A stretch of DNA of 61,177 nucleotides, filler included. It is 5 parts of 5 records of this genome, joined end to end, with 100 filler letters (N's around TTAATTAATTAA, not from the genome) between each part and the next. Parts side by side here need not be neighbours in the genome. Positions count along the whole stretch, not along the records: positions 13,150 to 39,108 come from SRR31156797_35599; 4 more parts are not named here. The stretch is one strand, 5' to 3'. A program made the position numbers and the translations under genes. The notes under the pieces are model-generated. The model did not search any database. It was not told the DNA's origin and worked only from the letters and a program-made list of their open reading frames with translations. The first letter of the stretch is position 1. Each line of letters begins with the position of its first letter. Shown piece after piece: positions 20,225 to 29,731 of this stretch.

Positions 20225-21697
20225 ATGAAACGAGGACACAGGCCAGAACTGCTTTGGGGGTTCGGTCTAAACAGCAATGAAGCCGGTAAAATCGAGGATT
20301 CCCTCGGCCCCGGGTTCTTTTTAAGAAATTTTTCCGAGCGTTCACTGCCCGGTGAAAAGGAACTGAGTAATAATGAAAAGCCTGCTGCCACCTGGATTCC
20401 GCAAAGAGTCTGGGAGGAATTGCCGGAAGATAGACGCACAGCATACCGTAACCTTGAATCCACCCAGCGCATCCTGATTCAGGATGATAAAAGCAATGCT
20501 GATCTGGAACAGGTGCTTGAAGACGGTTTTTTGGCAGTCGTCAGCAGTCCGTTGACCAGTTCTAAGGTGCAGGATGCCCTGTTCAGGGCCAAAGAAATTT
20601 CCGGTCTTTACGGTGATCTTTACCGTATGACCGAGGAAATCATCCTTGAGCGGGAATTGCTTTCTCGCAAAACTGAACAGCTCATGTTCTTGAATACTGT
20701 GCTTTCCAATGCCACCGAGCGTCTTGAAGTGGCGGATATTCTCGGACAGGCAGCTGAAGATCTCAAGATGCTTCTCCCGGTCTACTCGGTGCAGGGTGCT
20801 TTTTGGGATGTATTGCCTACCGGAAAGCATATTGATGCAGAAATTTTTATCAATCCCGGTCAGGTCGAAAACGTTCAGTCCGAATGGCTCGAGTTGATGA
20901 TTGAAAATGTGGTTGCCCTCAGCGGTATGGAAGTTTCCAGCTACAATATGTCTGAGACTGTTCCTGTGGGCAGCAATCAGATGATTTATAGTCCCGGAGC
21001 CGGGAGAATTCTGGCTCTGCCGCTGGTCGCCCGTGGTGAAAAGTTCGGTTGTCTGGTCATGCTTTGCGAACGCAATGTCAGGCTGGCCAAGGATCAGGTT
21101 TCCTCCCTTAATGCTGCGGTGAATCACCTCTCACTTGCTTTGAGCAATGCCATTATGTTCAACAAGATCAAGACCCGTGCAAATCGTGACGGGTTGACCA
21201 GAGTCTACAACCGCCGCAGTTTTGACGAAAGACTGGTCGAAGAATTCAAGCGTCACCAGCGCTTGAATACCGAACTTTCTCTGCTCATGGTCGATCTGGA
21301 TTATTTTAAAGCTGTGAATGATACCTACGGCCACATGGCCGGGGATATGGTACTTGAAAAAGTGGCCCGCATGTTTGAAAAGACCTTTCGTTCCACTGAT
21401 TTCATCGCACGTTACGGCGGAGAGGAATTCGTAATTCTGCTGCCCCATACCAAGGAAGAACAAGCACAGATGCTTGCTGAGCGGGTCAGGGGTAAGATTG
21501 AATCCTGCGTCATGACTTATCAGGATAGGAGTTTTAACGTGACCGCAAGTATCGGAGTTTCCTCTGTACGTCCGGGAAGTCTTGAAAAAGATACCGAGAT
21601 CGTACGCAAGGCTGATGAAGCCCTTTACGATGCAAAGATGCAGGGCCGTAACCGGGTGGTTGTTTCCCCCATGCGTCCCAAGCTGAGAATTATGTAA
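20225..21697 (+). CDS. Diguanylate cyclase (GAF-like plus GGDEF)
   Basis: DGLTRVYNRR, DLDYFKAVNDTYGH, RSTD I-site and GGEEF active site; AAGGAG RBS. Confidence 0.92.
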   Translation: MKRGHRPELLWGFGLNSNEAGKIEDSLGPGFFLRNFSERSLPGEKELSNNEKPAATWIPQRVWEELPEDRRTAYRNLESTQRILIQDDKSNADLEQVLEDGFLAVVSSPLTSSKVQDALFRAKEISGLYGDLYRMTEEIILERELLSRKTEQLMFLNTVLSNATERLEVADILGQAAEDLKMLLPVYSVQGAFWDVLPTGKHIDAEIFINPGQVENVQSEWLELMIENVVALSGMEVSSYNMSETVPVGSNQMIYSPGAGRILALPLVARGEKFGCLVMLCERNVRLAKDQVSSLNAAVNHLSLALSNAIMFNKIKTRANRDGLTRVYNRRSFDERLVEEFKRHQRLNTELSLLMVDLDYFKAVNDTYGHMAGDMVLEKVARMFEKTFRSTDFIARYGGEEFVILLPHTKEEQAQMLAERVRGKIESCVMTYQDRSFNVTASIGVSSVRPGSLEKDTEIVRKADEALYDAKMQGRNRVVVSPMRPKLRIM

Positions 21698-21738
21698 TTT
21701 ACGAGGTTTCCTTCAGCCTATAGCTGTCAGGCTGAATC

Positions 21739-21774
21739 AAAAGGGGGTCCGGTTGTCGGGGCCCCTTTTTTTTT
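21739..21774 (+). terminator. Intrinsic terminator
   Basis: GC-rich hairpin GGGGGTCCG...CGGGGCCCC followed by a T-tract. Confidence 0.75.
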
Positions 21775-21978
21775 GATAAACTAGTCAGAATTCTACGGAT
21801 TATACATCTGTATCTGGTTACTGTGTTATTTATATTTTCATAATACTTGAAAACTGAATGGCTTTTCAGTCTGATTTAAGCTAGGAGCAATGTCTCAGGC
21901 CGTCAGAGCCTGTGTTTATTATGTTGCGGTGATTTTTTTGAATGCGAATTCGATGGAATGCCCGTACAGGAGTTTGGT

Positions 21979-22659
21979 ATGAATGAATTATTGTGGCTTG
22001 GCTTTGCGGTCATGGACCTGAGTCTTGTTCTTGTTATTTATAGATTTTTCGGCAAAATAGGCTTGTTCGGCCTGATCGTGTTTAATCTGATTCTTTGTAA
22101 TATTCAGGTGCTGAAAACAATTGAGCTGTTCGGGATGACTACCACTCTGGGTAATATCCTTTACGCCAGTGTCTTTCTTTCAACTGACATGCTCAGCGAA
22201 TTCTACGGTAAAAAAGAAGCTAAGAAGGCGGTTTATCTGGGGTTTGTAGTGCTGGTTATGGCTGTGGTTTATATGCAGTTGGCCCTTATGTTCATCCCTG
22301 CTGCGGATGATTTTGCCCAGCCTCACCTTGAAGCAATTTTTGGATTCCTGCCCCGTATTGCGCTCGGCAGCATGGCCGCATATGTTGTTTCCCAGCTGAA
22401 TGATGTTTATATTTTTCACTTGCTTAAGGATAAGATGGGACAGCGTCATCTCTGGTTGCGCAATAACGCTTCCACATTGCTCAGCCAGTTCCTTGATTCG
22501 TCCGTATTTTGTTTTGTGGCTTTGTGGGGGCTTTTTCCTTTTGAGGTCTGGGTGGAAATTCTTTTTACTACCTACCTGTTTAAGGTTATAGTAGCAGTTA
22601 TGGATACACCTTTTCTGTATATGGCCCGCCGGCTGCATTCCCGTGTATCCGAGGTTTGA
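21979..22659 (+). CDS. yhhQ: Queuosine precursor transporter (YhhQ/VUT family)
   Basis: NIQVLK, TDMLSEFYGKKEAKKAV, SQLNDVYIF, LWLRNNASTLLSQFLDS, DTPF; AGGAG RBS before ATG 21979. Confidence 0.88.
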   Translation: MNELLWLGFAVMDLSLVLVIYRFFGKIGLFGLIVFNLILCNIQVLKTIELFGMTTTLGNILYASVFLSTDMLSEFYGKKEAKKAVYLGFVVLVMAVVYMQLALMFIPAADDFAQPHLEAIFGFLPRIALGSMAAYVVSQLNDVYIFHLLKDKMGQRHLWLRNNASTLLSQFLDSSVFCFVALWGLFPFEVWVEILFTTYLFKVIVAVMDTPFLYMARRLHSRVSEV

Positions 22660-22730
22660 TCGTCTATTCTTGACTGAGCAAATGCCTTAGAAAAATCAAA
22701 TCTTAATTTTGCAAAAATACGAGGCTGCCA

Positions 22731-23576
22731 ATGAGTAAAATGTTTGGAAAATCCGTTCCTTTTTATAAGATGCAGGGCTGCGGCAATGATTTCGTGATTG
22801 TCGATAACCGCGAGCTGGGCGTACCTGTTGAGAAGATGTCTCTCTGGGCTGAGAAGCTTTGTCAGCGTGCTTTCGGTGTTTATGCGGACGGTCTGTTCTT
22901 CATTGAAAATGCACCGGAAGGTTCCGGCCTTGATTTTGTCTGGCAGTTTTACAATTCCGACGGTTCCAGGGCAGAAATGTGCGGTAACGCATCACGTTGT
23001 GCCGGGCGGTTGGCTCATGCGTTGGGCATTGCCGGAGAGCAGCACGTATTCGGCTCTGATGCCGGTCCCATCAAGGTACAGGTTTTTCCTGTACTTGATG
23101 AAGTCAAAGTTCAGCTTACGCCGCCGGAAGGTTTGGTAGTAAAGCAGACTCTTGAGATTGACGGCGAAGAATACGAGTACCATTTCGCCAACACCGGTGT
23201 CCCGCACGTTGTGGTCCAGGTTGCCGATGTTGAAGAGATAGATATTAAAAAGCTCGGTGCGGCGTTCCGTTACCACGAGGCTTTTGCCCCGGCCGGAACT
23301 AACGTGAACTTCGTCCAGATCGATGATAATGACAGTCTCATTGTGCGCACCTATGAGAGGGGTGTGGAAGATGAAACTTATGCCTGCGGTACAGGGGTCA
23401 GCGCAGTGCAGCTTACCCTTCATAAACAGGGCTTGACCGATGCTGCCGTGCGTGTCCGTACTTCCGGCGGTGAAATCCTCAAGGTTATCATCGAAGACGG
23501 TAATGTCTTTTTGCAGGGCGGAGCAGAGCTCACCTTTTCCGGTGAAGTTTATCTTGAGTCTCTGGGAATTGAATAG
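22731..23576 (+). CDS. dapF: Diaminopimelate epimerase
   Basis: KMQGCGNDF, NSDGSRAEMCGNA, TGVPH, ERGVEDETYACGTG. Confidence 0.96.
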   Translation: MSKMFGKSVPFYKMQGCGNDFVIVDNRELGVPVEKMSLWAEKLCQRAFGVYADGLFFIENAPEGSGLDFVWQFYNSDGSRAEMCGNASRCAGRLAHALGIAGEQHVFGSDAGPIKVQVFPVLDEVKVQLTPPEGLVVKQTLEIDGEEYEYHFANTGVPHVVVQVADVEEIDIKKLGAAFRYHEAFAPAGTNVNFVQIDDNDSLIVRTYERGVEDETYACGTGVSAVQLTLHKQGLTDAAVRVRTSGGEILKVIIEDGNVFLQGGAELTFSGEVYLESLGIE

Positions 23577-23602
23577 CATCAGAGGTTAAAAATTTGTGAA
23601 AT

Positions 23603-23633
23603 GGGCACCGCATTTTTTGCGGTGTCTTTTTTT
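23603..23633 (+). terminator. Intrinsic terminator after dapF
   Basis: GGGCACCGCA/TGCGGTGTCT stem plus T-tract. Confidence 0.75.
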
Positions 23634-23879
23634 CCTGTTCTGACAAGCATATCTGACCAGACTAAAATCCAATACAGCCGAAATCAGTTCTTGCATGGGA
23701 TGAGTATTCCTTGTATAGCCTTCTTTTCGCAATGGTAATGATTTGCTGGATAATGGATTTTCTTGCTTTTCAGTAAAATCTATTGATTTGTGATAATAAA
23801 CAAAAGAGATGTTTAGCGTCTTTTTTGTTAATAGTTTGAAATTAAAGCATTAAATGTATGTGTGTTATTGCATAATAAA

Positions 23880-23896
23880 CTGGCATGGATTTAGCT
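23880..23896 (+). promoter_or_regulatory. Sigma-54 promoter candidate for the CII-like gene
   Basis: CTGGCATGGATTTAGCT: GG at 23882-83, GC at 23894-95, 10-nt spacing, about 50 nt before the ATG. Confidence 0.55.
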
Positions 23897-23947
23897 TAGT
23901 TTAAGAGTAGTAATAATCACAAAATAATGAACTAAGGGAGAGATAAA

Positions 23948-24433
23948 ATGGCTAATAATGAACTTACTAAGCTTTTACAGGATGTTGTCCTCAAAAATGA
24001 CAAGCCTGCACGTGATGTGGCAACCGAAATCAACAAACCTTACCCCACCCTTCTTCGTGAGATTAACCCCGAAGATAAAGGTGCTAAAGTAGGCGTTGAG
24101 GAATTGATTCCCATCATGAAGGCTACCGGGAGCATCCGCCCTCTGACCAGACTTGCAAACATCATGGGTTATGTACTTGTTCCTATGGACATCAACCCTG
24201 AAGATCCTGATGAAGCAAACTATATGGCTCTCGATCTCATGGACGGTTTCGGTCGTTACTCCAAGGCTCTCAAAAGTGCCCTGCAGGCTGATCCTTCCGA
24301 TGAACTGGTAGATTCCGTAGAACAGGAAGGCTTTGAAGCAATCACCGCTATCCTGACCATGGTTCACTACCTGCGTAAAAGATCAGAAGAAGAAAAAGCC
24401 AAGAACGCCCCCCGTCTCGCCCAAGTTAGTTAA
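23948..24433 (+). CDS. Phage regulatory CII-family protein (orphan)
   Basis: VATEINKPYPTLLREINPEDKGAKVGVE...PLTRLANIMGYVLVP, resembling the 186/P2-type CII homologues seen in Desulfovibrio (recognised from memory). Confidence 0.7.
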   Translation: MANNELTKLLQDVVLKNDKPARDVATEINKPYPTLLREINPEDKGAKVGVEELIPIMKATGSIRPLTRLANIMGYVLVPMDINPEDPDEANYMALDLMDGFGRYSKALKSALQADPSDELVDSVEQEGFEAITAILTMVHYLRKRSEEEKAKNAPRLAQVS

Positions 24434-24461
24434 TTAAGCAGACGGTAGATAAAGTTCCATC

Positions 24462-24501
24462 AAAAAAATCCCCGGCAGTAGATACTGTCGGGGATTTTTT
24501 T
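24462..24501. terminator. Bidirectional intrinsic terminator
   Basis: A-tract, TCCCCGGCAGTA/TACTGTCGGGGA stem, T-tract, between convergent genes. Confidence 0.85.
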
Positions 24502-24549
24502 GTTCAGCACGCTGCGTCTTTCATCTGGGCGCTGCTGTCTGAAAAAATA

Positions 24550-24765
24550 TTAGCAGTTATGAACGTCCTTGTTGATATAGAAGCAGAGGTCGAAGAGGTT
24601 GTTGACCATCTGGTCCACGAGATGGTCCTGCTCCGGGCAGGGCTCCTGAGTATTCACTGTCTTATTGATGATTTTTGCAAATAATACAGAAACAAGTTCA
24701 TCGTCTTTGTGGCTCCAATACTTTGTGGCAGACGCAGCTTTGTTATCAAATCCGTGATAATACAT
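24550..24765 (-). CDS. Small hypothetical protein (71 aa)
   Basis: GGAGGAG RBS before ATG 24765 (MYYHGFDNK...), with a sigma-28-like promoter upstream and a terminator downstream. Confidence 0.65.
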   Translation of the reverse strand: MYYHGFDNKAASATKYWSHKDDELVSVLFAKIINKTVNTQEPCPEQDHLVDQMVNNLFDLCFYINKDVHNC

Positions 24766-24827
24766 ACACTCCTCCGTGAGTGGGGACATCCGGCGAGCAG
24801 AAATTCACTTGCCGGTTCATACTTTTG

Positions 24828-24855
24828 CTATCGGCAGGCTATGGCAATCACTTTA
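24828..24855 (-). promoter_or_regulatory. Sigma-28 (FliA) promoter candidate
   Basis: Minus strand reads TAAA-N16-GCCGATAG. Confidence 0.6.
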
Positions 24856-25030
24856 CATGAAATAAATTTTTTTTTGCAAATGCCTGCAAAATGCCTGCGG
24901 TCATTGATTTAATCATATAAAATAAATACAAGGGAGGGGTGGGTGTCACAACACCTGCTGCCTGATATGATGGAATCCATGTAATCTTGTAATAAAAGGT
25001 GCCGCCGTCTTAGCGCATAGCGGTGCCGGG

Positions 25031-27259
25031 ATGTATCCGATGCGTTTTTCCCTCAGAAGAAAGATAATCGCTATTGCCTGCGGAGCCGCAATTATTCCTA
25101 TTGTGGCTATGTTTATCATTACTGATATCCTCGAGGACCGTTTGCAGGACTGCATGAAGGGTGAGGTTCGGTCCCTTATCGAATCCCATGTTTCGCAGCT
25201 GACAGCCGACCTTTATGAAGAATGCCGTACTGCCGATCAGTTGCTTACTGCAGAAACCAAAAGGGCGGCCATGGCTTTGCAGTCTCTGATGAATGATGAA
25301 GGCAGCGTTAAGGTCTTGAAAAGAGTTTCGGATTGGCCGGTGAATAACCATCGCAAGGATACTGATGAGTTGACCGTTCCGGTACTGACAGTGGGCGGCA
25401 ATGAATTCACTTATCCAAAACGTAAAGGTAAACCGCTGCCTATGTTGGTGGAGGCAACCCGTATTTCCGGTGCATATTGCACAATCTTCCAAAGGTTGAA
25501 CCCTGAAGGGGATATGCTGGTGGTGGACACCACCGCTTCTGTTGGTGATTTGAACTGGAAACTCGGGGATATTTTTTATTCTCTTGGCGATGACGGCCGG
25601 GTTGTCACTGCTATTGATGATGTTCTTTCCGGACGTAATGCGCAGAACTATGAGGCGATGGATCACGGCTCCCGTTTCACCATTTATGCTCCTTTGCGGG
25701 ATCAGGATGGTTATGTGACCGGGATGATGGCAGTCTACATGGATGACGATATTTTGCAGGTCCTGCGCAAGTCCATGCTTAAAACTTCTATCGGCAAGAC
25801 CGGGTATATCTGGGTTATCGGCACCAAAGGTGAGAGCCGGGGACACTATATTGTTTCCAATTCTCCCAAGAATGACGGAGTCCACGTAGATGAGGTCGGC
25901 GGCAGGAAAGGCTTCGTTCAGGATATCCTTAATCAGGCTGTTGAAGCCGGAGAGGGTAAGCTCAGCAGCAGGAGCTATGTTTGGAAAACCGGACTGGATG
26001 GTGAGGGGCGTGATAAACTTTCTGTATTTACCTACTTCAAGCCTTGGGGCTGGGTTATTGGGGCTGGAGTATATCTTGATGAATATCAGGGTGTTACAAG
26101 CCGTTTGACCGGAGTGCTTGATTCTCTGGTGGAGTGGCTGGGTATTACCGGAATGGTCTTGTTGGCCATTACTCTTATTGTTTCCTTTTATGCCAGCAGA
26201 CTGATAGCTGAGCCGGTCAGTCATATGGTTGAATTGGTAAAGGTTATTGCCTCCGGAAATCTGCATAAAGCCCGGGAAACCATCGCCATAGTTGATGAAT
26301 CTTGTCCTAATGCCCGTAAGGCGGTGCAAAATGCCGATAATCCAGAAATTCTTGACGAGACCGGACAGCTTTACCTTGCGGTTAAGGAAATGGTCGATGC
26401 TATTTTCTCCCTTATTGGGCAGGTGCAGCGTTCAGGGATTCAGGTGACCACTTCTTCCACGGAAATTGCGGCTTCGGCCCGTCAGTTGGAAGTAACTGTT
26501 AACCAGCAGGCTGCTGCAACCACCCAGATCAGTGCAACCAGTGCTGAGATTTCCGCTAATTCCGGTGAACTTGCCGGGGCTATGCATCATGTCAATGAAT
26601 CTGCTTCCAATATGGACAACCTCGCCTTTGAAGGTCAGGACGGCCTCAAGACTATGGTCAGGATCATGGATGATTTGAGTTCTGCAACCATGACCATTAC
26701 CGGGAAGCTGGACGAAATTAATGATCGGGCCAATGCCATTGAGGGTATCGTCAATACGATCACCAAGGTCGCAGACCGCACCAACCTTCTTTCACTTAAC
26801 GCCGCCATTGAAGCGGAGAAAGCCGGAAAATTCGGTCAGGGATTTTCCGTTGTAGCTGCTGAGATCAGGCGTCTTGCAGATCAGACATCTGTAGCCGCCC
26901 TTGAGATTGAAAATATGATCAGTAATATGCGCAATTCTGTTGATTCCGGTGTGGATGAGATGGAAAAGTTTGCCTCAGATGTACGTTTCGGTGCTGATAA
27001 AGCGGGTAAGCTGGGCAAAAAGCTGGAAGGCATCATGACCGGGGTCCGCGAACTAAATCCCAGAATTGAACAGGTCAATGACGGTATGACCGCACAGGCC
27101 GAAGGGGCAGGGCAGATCAGTGAAGCCATGGCCCAGCTCTCCGACACTGCCTCCGATACTTCTGATGCCCTTTCAGAATTCAATCGGGCCACATCCCAGC
27201 TTAATGAGGCAGTTCAGGGCTTGCGCAGCGAAGTTTCCCGCTTCAAGGTGAGTGAATAA
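25031..27259 (+). CDS. WspA-like methyl-accepting protein with a large Cache-type (Cache_3/Cache_2-like) periplasmic domain
   Basis: Two TM helices; CTIFQRLN, IGKTGYIWV, FKPWGWVIGAG; hairpin tip TNLLSLNAAIEAEKAG...RRLADQT. Confidence 0.88.
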   Translation: MYPMRFSLRRKIIAIACGAAIIPIVAMFIITDILEDRLQDCMKGEVRSLIESHVSQLTADLYEECRTADQLLTAETKRAAMALQSLMNDEGSVKVLKRVSDWPVNNHRKDTDELTVPVLTVGGNEFTYPKRKGKPLPMLVEATRISGAYCTIFQRLNPEGDMLVVDTTASVGDLNWKLGDIFYSLGDDGRVVTAIDDVLSGRNAQNYEAMDHGSRFTIYAPLRDQDGYVTGMMAVYMDDDILQVLRKSMLKTSIGKTGYIWVIGTKGESRGHYIVSNSPKNDGVHVDEVGGRKGFVQDILNQAVEAGEGKLSSRSYVWKTGLDGEGRDKLSVFTYFKPWGWVIGAGVYLDEYQGVTSRLTGVLDSLVEWLGITGMVLLAITLIVSFYASRLIAEPVSHMVELVKVIASGNLHKARETIAIVDESCPNARKAVQNADNPEILDETGQLYLAVKEMVDAIFSLIGQVQRSGIQVTTSSTEIAASARQLEVTVNQQAAATTQISATSAEISANSGELAGAMHHVNESASNMDNLAFEGQDGLKTMVRIMDDLSSATMTITGKLDEINDRANAIEGIVNTITKVADRTNLLSLNAAIEAEKAGKFGQGFSVVAAEIRRLADQTSVAALEIENMISNMRNSVDSGVDEMEKFASDVRFGADKAGKLGKKLEGIMTGVRELNPRIEQVNDGMTAQAEGAGQISEAMAQLSDTASDTSDALSEFNRATSQLNEAVQGLRSEVSRFKVSE

Positions 27260-27261
27260 CG

Positions 27262-27747
27262 ATGTTAGTGCTCACCTTCAGGATAGGCGAATATGTGTAC
27301 GGTCTTGAAGCCCGGGTTGTGGCAGAGGTGGTGCCGCCCACTGTTTGCAAGGAATTGCCCCGTTCCCCGGATTACGTAAAGGGGCTATTTAATTACCGGG
27401 GCAAGGTTACCCCGGTGGTGGATCTTTCCATGCTGGCTATGGACACCCCATGCGTTTCACGTATGTCCACCCGGATTGTCATCATTGATCTTGCTGACCT
27501 TGATACCGGTGAGGAGCGGGGTGAACAATATCTGGGGCTGTTGGCTGAAAATATAACCGAGACCTTGAAAGTTGCTGATTCTGATTTTGAGGAATCAGGG
27601 CTTGAGATTCCTGATGCTCCGTGGCTGGGCCGGGTGGCACGGATAAATGATTGTATGTTGCAATTGCTTAAACCGCACAAGCTCCTGACTGAGGAGTTAC
27701 GGCATGTGCTTTTCCCCAAAGATGAGTCGGAATCAGCTCAGGAGTAA
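27262..27747 (+). CDS. wspB: CheW-family adaptor, WspB-like
   Basis: GLFNYRGKVTPVVDL, STRIVI, LGLLAE, APWLG, LLTEELRHVLF. Confidence 0.8.
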   Translation: MLVLTFRIGEYVYGLEARVVAEVVPPTVCKELPRSPDYVKGLFNYRGKVTPVVDLSMLAMDTPCVSRMSTRIVIIDLADLDTGEERGEQYLGLLAENITETLKVADSDFEESGLEIPDAPWLGRVARINDCMLQLLKPHKLLTEELRHVLFPKDESESAQE

Positions 27748-27750
27748 TAA

Positions 27751-29034
27751 ATGAATGTTGAGCCGTTCCTGAAAATACTCAACCGGGCCATGGGGTTAGC
27801 GCCGGATTCGTTGGCCCGCTCAGGTATAGAGCGAGCTGTTAGGGCGCGTGTGCGGGAGACCGGGAGCACCGAGAGTTCCTATCTTAGTCTGTTGCGTACC
27901 CGTGAGGAGGAATTGGCCGAACTGGTTGAGGAGATTGTGGTCCCGGAAACATGGTTTTTCAGGGACAGTAAGCCTTTTGAACTGCTTTTTGAAACTGTTG
28001 CCGGACGCAATGACGATTTCCGGGTGCTCAGCGCGCCATGTTCCACCGGGGAGGAGCCATATTCCATAGCCATGACTCTTATAGGGGCCGGGTTGAAAAC
28101 TTTCCGGGTTGATGGAGTCGACATTAGCGAGCGGGCTTTGCATAAGGCAAGGGCCGGCATTTATGGTGATAATTCATTTCGCACAGAACTGCCTCTTTAC
28201 GCTCAAAGGTGGTTTCGCACATGCGACCAAGGACGTATGCTTGCTCAAGAGGTTAGGAAGGCAGTGAATTTTCATGCCGGGAATATCGTCGACGGCTGTA
28301 TTCCCAATGGCAGGTACGATGCTATTTTTTGTCGTAATCTGTTGATTTACCTTGATGATAGCTCAAGGAAATGTTTGGCCGCGTTATTGAATGAAAAGTT
28401 GAAGGATGATGGACTGCTCTTTGTAGGGCATGCCGAAATTCTTCCGGTTTTTAATGACTGGTTTATTCCGGTCAGGAAACAAGGGACATTTGCCTTGCGC
28501 AAAGGCAAGCGCAAGGTTGCTGCCCTGCTTAAGCCGCCTGTCTGTCCGCAAAGAGGGTGTCCCCAGAAGCCTTTGTTCAGTTCAGGAAAATCGCTGACGC
28601 AGAAATCCTTCAAACCTGCGCCAGCCCTTAAACCGCCAATGGTGTCCCGTAGTGAAGAGAAGGCTCATGAAGTTGTGGAAAAGGCTGGGAAGAAGCCTGA
28701 AATTGTTGAGCCGCCTGCCTGCTCCTCTGTTGAGGAGATCAAATCCCTTGCGGATCGGGGTAGCACGGCAGAGGCCTTGAGCATGTGTAATGATCTGCTC
28801 AAGCAGGCGGGGCCGGAGCCGGAATTGTTTCATCTTTGCGGTCTGCTGCATGAGTCCGGGGGAAATATTTCAATGGCTGAGGAGTTTTACGGCAAGGCCC
28901 TGTACCTTGAACCGGATTACATGGAATCGTTGGTGCATCTTGCCCTGCTGCTGGAAAATCGGGGTGATTTGCGCAAGGCCGAGATTATGCGCAACAGGGC
29001 CCGTCGGGCTGAAAAACGAAATGAGGCCGGATAA
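27751..29034 (+). CDS. wspC: CheR methyltransferase with C-terminal TPR, WspC-like
   Basis: VVPETWFFRD, SAPCSTGEEPYS, IFCRNLLIY; TPR KALYLEP...HLALL. Confidence 0.85.
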   Translation: MNVEPFLKILNRAMGLAPDSLARSGIERAVRARVRETGSTESSYLSLLRTREEELAELVEEIVVPETWFFRDSKPFELLFETVAGRNDDFRVLSAPCSTGEEPYSIAMTLIGAGLKTFRVDGVDISERALHKARAGIYGDNSFRTELPLYAQRWFRTCDQGRMLAQEVRKAVNFHAGNIVDGCIPNGRYDAIFCRNLLIYLDDSSRKCLAALLNEKLKDDGLLFVGHAEILPVFNDWFIPVRKQGTFALRKGKRKVAALLKPPVCPQRGCPQKPLFSSGKSLTQKSFKPAPALKPPMVSRSEEKAHEVVEKAGKKPEIVEPPACSSVEEIKSLADRGSTAEALSMCNDLLKQAGPEPELFHLCGLLHESGGNISMAEEFYGKALYLEPDYMESLVHLALLLENRGDLRKAEIMRNRARRAEKRNEAG

Positions 29035-29690
29035 TGCTTGAATCCTGCTGGAATACAATCGGTTATGCCGGGGATAGAACCTGCCCGGAACTTGAGCGTT
29101 GGAGCCATTGCTACCATTGCCCGCATTTTACCAGTGCCGGACTTTCCCTGCTGGACCGGGAGCCGCCTGAGGGCTATCTGGTCGAGAATACGGAAGCCGT
29201 GGCTATTGCCAAGGAAGAAGAGCAGATCGAAACAGCCGGGGCAGTGGTGTTCAGGATTTCCCGTGAATGGTTGGCTCTTTCTTCACAGGTTTTTGTTTCG
29301 GTTTTGGAGGAGCGTGTTGTGCGCCCGGTTCCTCATCGCAGCAGCAGGATGTTTCGGGGATTGACCAGTCTTCAGGGTCAGATTCTACCGGTGGTCTCAG
29401 TGCGTGAACTGCTTGGACTTGATGAAGAATACCTGACTGAAGAGGAAAAAGGATTCCGGGTTTACAGCAGGTTCATCTGCGTGGACCGTGGCTTCGGGCG
29501 TTGGATTTTTGCGGTAGATGAAGTCCTTGGGGTGCATCATTATTCTTCTGATGCACTTATGGACGCTCCGGCCACTGTGGCCAAGGCTCCTGCGGCTTAT
29601 ACCCGCGGCCTGTTTGAAATAGATGATAAAAGAATTTCATTGCTGGAAGACGAGCTTCTTTTTGAGGCTTTCAACCGCATTATCAAGTAA
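29034..29690 (+). CDS. wspD: CheW-family adaptor, WspD-like
   Basis: N-terminal CWNTIG...GDRTCPEL...HCYHC motif typical of WspD; VPHR; AVDEVLG. Confidence 0.85.
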   Translation: MLESCWNTIGYAGDRTCPELERWSHCYHCPHFTSAGLSLLDREPPEGYLVENTEAVAIAKEEEQIETAGAVVFRISREWLALSSQVFVSVLEERVVRPVPHRSSRMFRGLTSLQGQILPVVSVRELLGLDEEYLTEEEKGFRVYSRFICVDRGFGRWIFAVDEVLGVHHYSSDALMDAPATVAKAPAAYTRGLFEIDDKRISLLEDELLFEAFNRIIK

Positions 29691-29731
29691 GGCGGAAATT
29701 ATGAGCAACAGCCGGACAGGGAGAAGATAAG

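Noticed and set aside
23948-24433. Prophage around the CII-like gene
   Set aside because: No integrase, att site or structural genes; the flanks are dapF and the chemosensory operon.
24430-24437. TTAATTAA matching the linker core
   Set aside because: A natural occurrence at a stop codon, with no flanking Ns.
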